A stretch of DNA of 54,022 nucleotides, counting the filler, from Catajapyx aquilonaris (Eukaryota), in the NCBI GenBank assembly GCA_000934665.2. It is 3 parts of 3 records of this genome, joined end to end, with 100 filler letters (N's around TTAATTAATTAA, not from the genome) between each part and the next. Parts side by side here need not be neighbours in the genome. Positions count along the whole stretch, not along the records: positions 36,071 to 54,022 come from JYFJ02006822.1; 2 more parts are not named here. The stretch is one strand, 5' to 3'. Of this stretch, positions 38,865 to 49,408 are shown in pieces. A program made the position numbers and the translations under genes. The first letter of the stretch is position 1. Every line of letters begins with the position of its first letter. The notes beneath the pieces are model-generated. The model was given only the letters and a program-made list of their open reading frames with translations, was not told the DNA's origin and ran no database searches.

Positions 38865-40859
38865 TTATTCCAATCCACGCTTCTTGGTACGACAACACTC
38901 GCACACTGCAACAACACATGACAACACACTCCCAACAGTCCACATCAGAAAAGCTGAAGCCAATCTCTCAAAGTTCAACAGACTCTCAGACTCACTTTTG
39001 TCATGTTCATGACTCATCTTGAAGTACTGAGCTATGAAGTTGCGATAATTCACATTCGACTCCAGCTTTGTGATGATACCACCTGACATCATGGACATAC
39101 TCACAGAATTGAAGTAATCACGATACAGTTCGTCTCTACCGTAGCACGAACCTGAGTACATCTTGAAGCCATCTTCAGTGTTGGATTGGATTGTCAAATG
39201 TCCTTTAGAGTTCAAGAAGTAGTCACGATCACGACGAAACAAGAAGTCAACTAGTGCACATGAGAAATCGTGATGTATTGCCTTCTCCATACACTCACGT
39301 ATTGTTGGCAACACTTCAGCTTCATGAAGAACCTTGTGGTCGACAGAACCTGGCTCAAGTTCGCCTTGAAACAACGACAGTGCGATTAGAATAGGACCGG
39401 TCGAACCCCATTTGAAGTTAGAGTTCAGCACCATCTCATTGAAGTTCTTAGGCAGGTGCTCTGTAGGAGGAAAGGTGATGAAGGACACAAGTTTGGTCTT
39501 GTAGCAACATGTTATGATTGTTGCATACGCGAACAACAAGGCAAGAAAAAAGTTGATTGAATTATGCTGATCAGAAGAGATAGACGATTGTTCTATCATG
39601 ACACGAAGCAACTTCTTCACATGGTCCATGATATTGCTCAGATGTGATGTGAACACTGTATGTTCATACACCTGCAAACAGTGCAGTACTATTGCAGACA
39701 CAAAGATTGAGGTGCAAACACCAATCCACATGGGTACAGTAAATGGCATGAAAATAACATACAGCTTAATATCAAGTCTGGGTATTCTCGTCACAAACAC
39801 ACCTTCCCAATACAATGCAGGGTACAGCAAGTTACACGCTTTTGCTGATGTCTCAGTGTACATTATGATCAACATCGACTCCACAGCGTTGAACACTAAA
39901 GGTCTGGCCATACCAGCCAGACTTCCGTTTGGATACAGCTCTTGTGGAGTCATCTCAGGGGTCACCCCAATGTGCACCATATTGAAAATATTCTCATAAA
40001 AAATCAGCGCATCTTCTGTTAGTGACACATGCTGACCAAGCTTCTTTCGCTCTCTAGCTCCTTCCATATCCAACGTCTCGATGTGACCTATCATTATTAC
40101 ATGACCTTGCATGTCTTTAGGCGGAGGTGGAAAATAGTCGCCTCCAAATGTAGTACTTAGATAGTGTTCAGCCGGATTCAGTCTGGATTGTCCAGAGTTG
40201 CAATAGACACAAGAGGTGTGAAGCATCAACTTGTGAGTTGCATGGTCGAAATGTGTGAGAAGCTTCAGCTTGATTCCTTGAGCTGGATTGTTCAGAAGCA
40301 ACTGGGCGTCTGAAGCTGAGTGGATGTGGATCAGGACAGGATCATGAGTATTTCTGATCATAAAGTGTGCTGCAGTGTGCATGATCAGTTCAGGTACACT
40401 GGACATGTTTCTGGACAATATCAGGTTGAAAGCGCATGATCCTCCAGGCCACAACTTGGATCTGAGTTCAGGCGGTTGTGTTCTGAAGGATAGCAGATGC
40501 TCACGTTTCCATACCCACGGATAGTCTGAAGGATCGTACTGAAATGAGTCCATCCGACTGATCACAACAGGTTTTTTGATCCACAAAAGCAACTGTTGCA
40601 GACCAGGACTCAAATCAGGATAATCCAACCCCAACCCCAAGGAGCACTCCGGATATTTAGTCTCCAGTAGTTCCCTAACCAGCCTGGACAACAATGCATC
40701 TTCTTCAGTGATGCTGGACAATTTGACACTATTCTGTAATGTGACATCAAAATTATAAACTAAATGTTACTTCTAATATATTTTGTCAGTGTTACTTACA
40801 GATCCTGACGACACCAAACAGAGTGTGACAAACATGAGAATGATACACTGTGATCCCAT
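38865..40859 (-). CDS. Divergent ionotropic receptor IR-B, apparently intact, 642 aa (exons 40859-40800 and 40733-38865)
   Basis: Signal-peptide exon MGSQCIILMFVTLCLVSSGS, 66-nt GT-AG intron, then a long exon with FVTRIP..FMPFTVPMW (M1), CYKTKLVSFITFP (M2) and a C-terminal M3 helix. Confidence 0.9.
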
Positions 40860-41289
40860 TTCGACACCTTCGACTGACACAGTGACTGTGTTTACATCAC
40901 GACACTTGGTATTGTGTCGAAAAGTGTGCGTACAATTCAGGAAATTGAGTCAGGCAATAACCTAATGCGGTAGTGTCAATACGAGGAAAAATGTGTGTGT
41001 GGACATTGAATCCATTTCATTACTGTAAGTAATTGGCTATGAATATTTTGTGCGCAACGAATTGAACGGGCTACTTTCGCTAGAAAAACGTTTGTGTCTA
41101 AGAATACACCAGTTCTTGCTAACCCAACCTATTCCATTACATCACGTTTTACTTATATTGACAATGTGTCTTTTATCAATCTTTGATACAGTACAACTTG
41201 TGAAATGGTACCGGTACTTGAAGCATAATAAATATGAATGGAAAGCGAGCTGAAAAAGGGCATGAAAAGATACATGTAATTTTAAGAAT

Positions 41290-41422
41290 CTTAATTAAAG
41301 GAAGGCCGGGTCGGACGGACGGGAGAGGTTGCAGGTGTAGGAGGCGGACCACAGATGGCAGGCAAATGACGGGTGGCGTTCCAGGCGGACAGACAGATCA
41401 CAAATGGCTTTATTTATATAGA
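41290..41422 (-). mobile_element. Possible non-autonomous Helitron-like fragment
   Basis: GC-rich block absent from the homologous IR-C/IR-D spacer; minus strand starts A|TCTATATAAATAAAG and has GTCTGTCCG/GTCCGTCCG repeats. No 3' CTAG found; left boundary approximate. Confidence 0.4.
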
Positions 41423-41597
41423 TAGCTGTTCACGAATCATTTATTATTTCTTGTGCACACTATTCGCATATACAGCAATAACAATTCACTGCAGCGATTT
41501 CACAGCAATTATGTCCAGACAAACGTAACAATATGAATAATATTGTGACTTGCATTTTATTCTAACAAATGTAAAAAGATTAAAACAGTACAGTACG

Positions 41598-43586
41598 CTA
41601 CTTACGACAACACTCACACACTGCAACAACACACGACAAAACATTACCAACAGATCACATCAGAAACGCTGAGGCCAATCTCTCAAAGTTCAACAGACTC
41701 TCAGACTCACTTTTGTCCTGTCCATGGCTCATCTTGTAGTACTGCTCTATGAAGTGACGATAATTCACATCAGACTCCAACCTGGTCATAATTCCGCTTG
41801 ACACTGTGATCATGCCCACAGAGCTATAATCATCCCTGTACACATTGTCTCGACCGTAGCACGAGCCTGTGTACATCTTAAAACCATCTTCAGTGTTGGA
41901 CTGAACTGTCATGTGTCCTTTTAGAGTCCAAGAAATAGGCACGATCACGACGAAACAAGACGTCAACCATAGCACACGCGAAGTCCTCGTGAATCGTTTT
42001 CTCCATACATTCTCGTATGGTCGGTACGACTTCAGAATTGTGAAGGACAATGTAATTTGTCGAATGATGGTCCATGTGATCGCCTATAAGCAACGACAGT
42101 GAGATTAGAAGAGGACTGGTTGTTCCCCATCTGAAGTTTGAGCTACGGACCATTTCAGTGAAGTCCTTTGGTAGGTGCTCTGTCGGCGGAAAGGTGATGA
42201 AGGACACAAGTTTGGTCTTGTAGCAACATATGATGATTGTTGAATAAGCGAACAGGAGAGCTAGGAGAATGTTCGTAGAATTATGCTGATCTGAAGAGAT
42301 AGACGGTTGTTCTATCAAGACACGAAGCAACTTCTTCACATGGTGCATGATATTGCTCAGATGTGATGTGAACACTGTATGTTCATACACTTGCAAACAG
42401 TGCAGTACTATTGCAGACACAAAGATTGAGGTGCAAACACCAATCCACATGGGTATAGTAAACGGCATGAAAATAACATACAGCTTAATATCAAGTCTGG
42501 GTATCCTTGTCACAAACACACCTTCCAAATAAAGCAAAGGGCACAGCAAATTGCATGCCTTTTGAGAATTCTCAGTGTATATCATGATCAGGATTGTCTC
42601 CACTTCACTGAACACCACAGGTCTCACCATACCAGCCAGACTTCCGTTTGGATAGAGCTCTTGTGGTGTAATCTCAGGCATTGCACCTACATTTACCGCG
42701 TTGAATATATTCTCATAGAAAATCAACGCATCTTCTGTCAGCGGTACATTCAGACCAAGCTTCTTTCGTTGTCTAGCTCCTTCCAAGTCCAACGACTCAA
42801 AGTGACCTAGCACAATCTCATGACCTTGCATGTCTCTAGGTGGAGGTGGGAAGTAGTCGCCTCCAAATAATGTAGGACTCAAGTAGTGTTCAGCCGGATT
42901 CAGTCTGGATTGTCCTGAATCGCAGAAGTAACACACGGTGTGAAGCATCAGCTTGTGAGATGCACGGTCGAAGTGGGTCAGAAGCTTCAGCCTGATTCCA
43001 TAAGCCGGATTGTTCAGAAGCAGCTTCTGTGCGTCTGAAGGCGCATTGTAGATGTGGATAAGGACTGGATCTTTTATATTCCGGATCATGAAGTGTGCTG
43101 CAGTGTGCATGATTAGTTCAGGTACACTGGACATGTTTCTGGACAATATCAGGTTGAAAGCGCGGGATCCTCCAGGCCACAACCTGGATCTGAGTTCAGG
43201 CGGTTGTGTTCTGAAGGATAGCAGATGCTCACGTTTCCACACCCACGGATAGTCTGAAGGGTCGTACTGAAACGAGTGCATCCGACTGATCACAACAGGT
43301 CTTTTGATCCACAAAAGCAACTGTTGCAGACCAGGACTCAAATCAGGATAATCCAACCCCAACCCCAAGGAGCACTCCGGATATTTAGTCTCCAGTAGTT
43401 CCCTAACCAGCCTGGACAACAATGCATCTTCTTCAGTGATGCTGGACAATTTGACACCATTCTGTAATGTGACATCAAAATTATAAACAAAATGTTACTT
43501 CTAATATATTTTGTGTTACTTACAGATCCTGACGAGGAGACCAAACAGAGTGTGACAAACAGGAAAATGATCCATTGTGATCCCAT
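41598..43586 (-). pseudogene. Divergent ionotropic receptor IR-C, pseudogene (exons 43586-43524 and 43461-41598)
   Basis: Close paralogue of IR-B/IR-D. Extra base in the T run at 41919-41922 (TTTT vs TTT in IR-D) shifts the frame in S2. In the restored frame TGG has become TGA at 41657-41655 in M3. A conserved Cys is also lost (GGSCAF to GGSRAF). Confidence 0.85.
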
Positions 43587-44445
43587 TTCGACACCTTCCA
43601 CTGACACAGTGGCAGTTACATAATAACATTTGGTATATATTGCGTCGAAAAGTTGCGTAATATAACAGCCAATTTATGAAATAGCCTCAGGCAATCACCT
43701 AATGCGCAATACAAGGAAAATGTGTAGACATTGAATCAATTTCATTACTGTAAGAGTAATTGACTATGAATATTGCACACGAAATATGCGCAGCGAATGG
43801 AACAGCCTAATTTCGCGAGAAACGTTTGTGTCTAACATAAGAATAAACCCAATATCTTGCTACCCCCAACCGATTCCATTACATCACGTCTTACTCAGTA
43901 AACAATGTGTCCTTTATCAATCTTTGATACTGCACAACGTATGAAGCGGTACTGGAAGGCTAAGTAAAAATGACATTATTGACATATATGTTCATNAGTT
44001 ACAGAAATGGCCGCAGTGGCGCTTTCCCATGTTAAACTCGCATAGACGGTGGCGCCACTGCGGAATTTTTCCATGAGTCGCCGTAATAAGCCGTGGACCA
44101 CTACTTGTGTCCTTTATCAATCTTTGATACTGCACAACGTATGAAGCGGTACTGGAAGGCTAAGTAAAAATGACATTATTGACATATATGTTCATGAATC
44201 GTTTATTATTTCTGGCACATTTTTCCACACTATTCGCACACAATAATAATAATAATGATTTATTTTATTACCATTTAAGAGAGCGGTGGTCTTATCGGGG
44301 GGAATATTCGCACACAATTATAATCAATTACAGTGTGAATTTAACAACGCTATTTCACAGCAAACGTTCTAACAAACGTGAAACACATTGAGAATAGTTT
44401 ATTATTTGTGATACATTTCCGTATTTATTACAACAATGTAAATGG

Positions 44446-46453
44446 TTAAAACAGTACAGCCCGCTTCTTCGGGCGACAACACTCACATGATGCAACAACA
44501 CACGACAAAACATTACCAACAGACCACATAAGAAATACTGAAGCCAATCTCTCAAAGTTCAACAGACTCTCTGACTCACTTTTGTCATGTTCATGACTCA
44601 TCTTGTAGTATTGCTCTATGAAATGACGATAATTCACATCAGACTCCAACTTTGTGAGGATTCCGCTTGATCTCGTGGTCATGATCGCAGAGTGGAAATC
44701 ATCCCTGTACACATTGTCTCGACCATAGCACCCACCTGTGTACATCTTGAAACCATCTTCAGTGTTGGACTGAACTGTCATGTGTCCTTTAGAGTCCAAG
44801 AAATATGCACTATCACGACGAAACAAAATGTCAACCAAAGCACATGCAAAGTCTTCATGAATCGCTTTCTCCATACACTCTCGTATGGTCGGTACGACTT
44901 CAGACTTACGCAGGACTATGTAATCTATCGAATAATGGTCCACGTTATCGCCTAGAAATAACGACAGTGCGATTAGAATCGGACCTGTTGCTCCCCATCT
45001 GAAGTTTGAGCTACGGACCATCTCTGTGAAGTCCTTTGGTAGGTGCTCTGTCGGCGGAAATGTGATGAAGGACACAAGTTTGGTCTTGTAGCAACATATG
45101 ATGATTGTTGAATAAGCGAACAGGAGAGCTAGGAGAATGTTCGTAGAATTATGCTGATCTGAAGAGATAGACGATTGTTCTATCATGACACGAAGCAACT
45201 TCTTCGCATGGTGCATGATATTGCTCAGATGTGATGTGAACACTGTATGTTCATACACCTGCAAACAATGCAGTACTATTGCAGACACCAACACTGAGGC
45301 GCAAACACCAATCCACATGGGCACAGTAAACGGCATAAAAATCACACCCAATTTGATATCAAGCCTTGGTATTCGAGTCACAAACACACCTTCCAAAAAC
45401 AACGAAGGGTATGCCAAATTGCACGCTTTTGCCGAATTCTCAGTATACATTATGATCAAAATGGTTTCCACTTGATTGAACATCATAGGCCGAACCATTC
45501 CAGCCAGACTTCCGTTTGGATACAGCTCTTGTGGTGTCATCTCAGGCATTGCACCTACATGGACCGTGTTGTAAAGATTCTCGTAGAAAATCAACACATC
45601 TTCTGTCAGCGGGACACTCAGACCAAGCTTCTTTCGTCGTCTAGCTCCTTCCATGTCCATCGACTCAAAGTGACCTACCACAATCTCATGACCTTGCATG
45701 TCTCTAGGTGGAGGTGGGAAGTAGTCGCCTTCAAATGTAGGACTCAAGTAGTGTTCAGCCGGATTCAGTCTGGATTGTCCTGAATCGCAGAAGTAACACA
45801 CGGTGTGAAGCATCAGCTTGTGAGATGCACGGTCGAAGTGGGTCAGAAGCTTCAGCCTGATTCCATAAGCCGGATTGTTCAGAAGCAGCATCTGTGCGTC
45901 TGAAGGCGCATTGTAGATGTGGATTAGGACTGGATCTTTTACATTCCGGATCATGAAGTGTGCTGCAGTGTACATGATTAGTTCAGGTACACTGGACATG
46001 TTTCTGGATAATATCAGGTTGAAAGCGCAGGATCCTCCAGGCCACAAATTGGATCTGAGTTCAGGCGGTTGTGTTCTGAAGGACAGCAGATGCTCACGTT
46101 TCCATATCCACGGATAGTCTGAAGGGTCGTACTGAAAGGAGTCCATCCGACTGATCACAACAGGTCTGTTGATCCACAAAAGCAACTGTTGCAGACCAGG
46201 ACTCAAATCAGGATAATCCAACCCCAACCCCAAGGAACAATCAGGATACTTCGTCTCCAGCAGTTCATTAACCAGCCTGGACAACAATGCATCTTCTTCA
46301 GTGATGCTGGACAATTTGACACCATTCTGTAATAATGTGACATCAAAATTATAAACAAAATGTTGTACTTCTAATATATTTTGTGTTACTTACAGATCCT
46401 GACGACACCAAACAGAGTGTGACAAACATGAGAGTGATGAAAGCTGAACACAT
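44446..46453 (-). CDS. Divergent ionotropic receptor IR-D, apparently intact, 646 aa (exons 46453-46394 and 46326-44446)
   Basis: Signal-peptide exon MCSAFITLMFVTLCLVSSGS, 67-nt intron, uninterrupted long exon with the same IR architecture as IR-B. Confidence 0.9.
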
Positions 46454-46751
46454 CTTGAGACCTTCCTCTGGCAAAGTGATGTTTGCATCTTGATATCCTA
46501 TATATGTATTCTATATGAATAGTCTGCAATAACCTAATGGGACAGCGGGTTGTATAGGTGCCAATTTGCTGTGTTTTCTGGCAAGTGGTCAATATGGATA
46601 TGGCGTAATACAGATCAAAATCGGGGTCACTTTCATTACTTATGACATTGTCATGCAGTGAACAATTCCATGGAAAACGCTCGATTCTGAGAAAAGACAT
46701 CCAAGTTGAGCCAATTTTTATTTAATTTATAGACAATTTTTATAGCCAATT

Positions 46752-48969
46752 CTATGTAATGATTAAGCTCTTTGCGACAATTATTTTTTTCTTTTCAAAA
46801 ATGAAGACAATCCAAGATGAGGTCATTCCGATTAGCCAGAACTCAAAAGCGGAAGACAACCGGTCAAAGTTCAAGAGACTGTCACTACTTGCAACAGTCT
46901 TGTTCCTCCTTCGTTTGAAGTACTGTTGGATGAAGTTATACGATAGTTCACATCCGATTCGACCTTATGATAGATGCCACCTGACATCAGATGTCTGTTG
47001 ACGTGGTCGATGGCTGGGAACATGACGCTGTCACGTCCGTAACATGAACCGGAGTACATGCTGAAGGATGGTTCAGACACCTTGATCTTCGACATCCCTT
47101 TGTGGTTCATGAAGTGGTCTTGCTCACGACGGTATAGGAAATCAACGACGGCACATGCAAAGTATTGGTCCACCGCCTTTTCCATACACAGCTGTAGAGT
47201 TGGTATGACCTCAGCTTTATGTAGAACCGTGCCTAGAACCGCCTCGGGGTCAACCTCCCCTAGGAACAAGGATAAGGCCATCAGGAGAGAGCTGGTTGAA
47301 CCCCAGGTCATCTCGGATTTGGTCAGCTCTTTGAAGGTCCTCGGAAGGTTCTCTGTGGGCGGAAAGGTGATGAAGGACACCAGCTTGGTCTTGTAGCAGC
47401 AGGTGATGATGGTCGCGAAGAAGAAGAATGTCATGATGGTTGGTACGGATCTCCCTGGACTTAGAGTCACCGAGGGTTGCTCGATCACAACTCGCATCAG
47501 TTTAGCCACGTTGTTACACACTGATCCTGACCTGCGAACACACGTGAAGATCTACAAACGAATTTAGTGACGACCACGTATAACGTACCTGAATCGGTTC
47601 AGAACAAATGCTGAAACCAGTAGCGATGCAGTCAGTGCAATCCACATTGGGGCTGAAAACGGCTTCAGTAGTACGTACCATCTGATGTCAAGTCTTGGAG
47701 CACGTGTGGCAAACACGCCTACCCAGTACATCAGCGGATACATCAATGAGCAAGACCTGGCTGACGTCTCAGTGTACATGACAATCACCATCACATCCAC
47801 CTCACTGAACACCATCGGACGAGTCATACCAGCCAGACTTCCGTTCAGAAAGTGTTCAGACCCTGACATCTCGGGTGTCATACAGTCGTGCACCATACCG
47901 AATATGGACTCGTACAGCATCAGTATTTCCTCTGTGAACGGCACATTCTGATCCTGCTTCTTACGGATTCTAGCACCCTTCATGTCTAAGGTCTCTATAT
48001 GACCCATCATGACCTCTCGACCGTTCATACTGTGCGGTGCTGGAAATAACTCGCGTGAAGTGTTGGGCACGTAAGGAAAAGGTGCGTTAACACGTGTGTG
48101 GCCATACTCGCAGAAGTAACACACGGTGTGTAGCATCAGCTTGTGAGTTGTATTGTCGAAATGTGTTAAAAGCTTCAGCCTGATGCCTTCAGCAGGATTG
48201 TTCAGAAGCAGGGCATCTGAAAGATCATCGTGGATATGGATCATGACAGGATCATACAGGTTTCTGAACCTAAAGTGTGCCGCAGTGTGCATGATCAGTT
48301 CAGGTACACTGGACATGTTTCTGGACAATATCAGGTTGAAAGCGCAGGATCCTCCAGGCCACAACTTGGATCTGAGTTCAGGCGGTTGTGTTCTGAAGGA
48401 CAGCAGATGCTCATGTTTCCATACCCACGGATAGTCTGAAGGGTCGTACTGAAACGAGTCCATCCGACTGATCACAACAGGTCTTTTGATCCACAAAAGA
48501 ACTTCTTGCAGACCAGGACTCAAATCAGGATAATCCAACCCCAACCCCAAGGAGCAATCAGGATACTTAGTCTCCAGCAGTTCCCTAACCAGCCTGGACA
48601 ACAATGCATCTTCTTCAGTGATTCTGGACAATTTGACACTCTTCTGAAACAGTGAAACGTAATTACAACTTCTAGATTAAGTTCAGGGTGGACGAACTTC
48701 AAGTGTCGTTTTATAACGGCGATTAATAGCAGTGATTTTGCGATGACGTAGCAGCGACGTGTAAAATGTCCCACTTCGGCGACATTGAAGTGGGCCATTT
48801 TACACGTCGCTGCTACGTCAATCGTAAACCGCTTCTATTAATAGCCGTTATAAAACGACACTTGAAGTTGGTCCACCCTGTATAGTTCACGAAGCTTGTT
48901 ACTCACCGATCCTGTTGAGAAAACCCAACAATGCACAACAATGAGCAGGATAATCGACCGTGCACCCAT
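46752..48969 (-). pseudogene. Divergent ionotropic receptor IR-E, frameshifted before M3 (exons 48969-48907, 48643-47589, 47531-46752)
   Basis: Signal exon MGARSIILLIVVHCWVFSTGS and two GT-AG introns. Two extra bases near 46938-46939 after ESDVNYR shift the frame; the other frame continues NFIQQYFK...LLNFDRLSSAFEFWLIG to a stop at 46752, homologous to the paralogues' M3. Confidence 0.75.
48684..48880. mobile_element. Tc1/mariner-type palindromic MITE (197 bp) in IR-E intron 1
   Basis: CAGGGTGGACGAACTTCAAGTGTCGTTTTATAACGGC...GCCGTTATAAAACGACACTTGAAGTTGGTCCACCCTG|TA. Removing it leaves a ~64-nt intron like those of the paralogues (62-67 nt). Confidence 0.88.
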
Positions 48970-49408
48970 TTTGGAGCTTTGACACTGACAAGAGTGCATT
49001 GCTTGTAAGCAGTGCGTTGCTCGTTCATGAAATGGCCAATCGGAATAATGGAGCATGAAAAATGCATGTCACCTTGGCCAATTGACAAATGTATATCCGA
49101 AGGGGCAATAAACTGTTGCGAATGTGAGAGCTGGTTCTATAAAAATTCACCTAAATGTTGCGATCACAATTTGCATATATGATATGAATGATATGAACAA
49201 TAATTTGTTACTTGCGACAATGTATTGTATACTTTTACAACAATTTCTCAATATGCGGCACAGACCCCGCTCAATATTATGCCCTCTAATAATTACCCCC
49301 CATACTGTACAATTAGCTTAATCAGTCAGTAATCTAAGTACACACGTTGAATTCTTCGGATTACTGAACAGTTGGTGTTGGCGTTTCAGAACTTAGGTTG
49401 TGCGCAAA

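Noticed and set aside
39598..39999. Recurrent antisense ORFs over the IR genes (also 42347, 43052, 45185, 45917, 48153)
   Set aside because: Shadow frames of the duplicated IR coding sequence; their similarity only reflects the paralogy.
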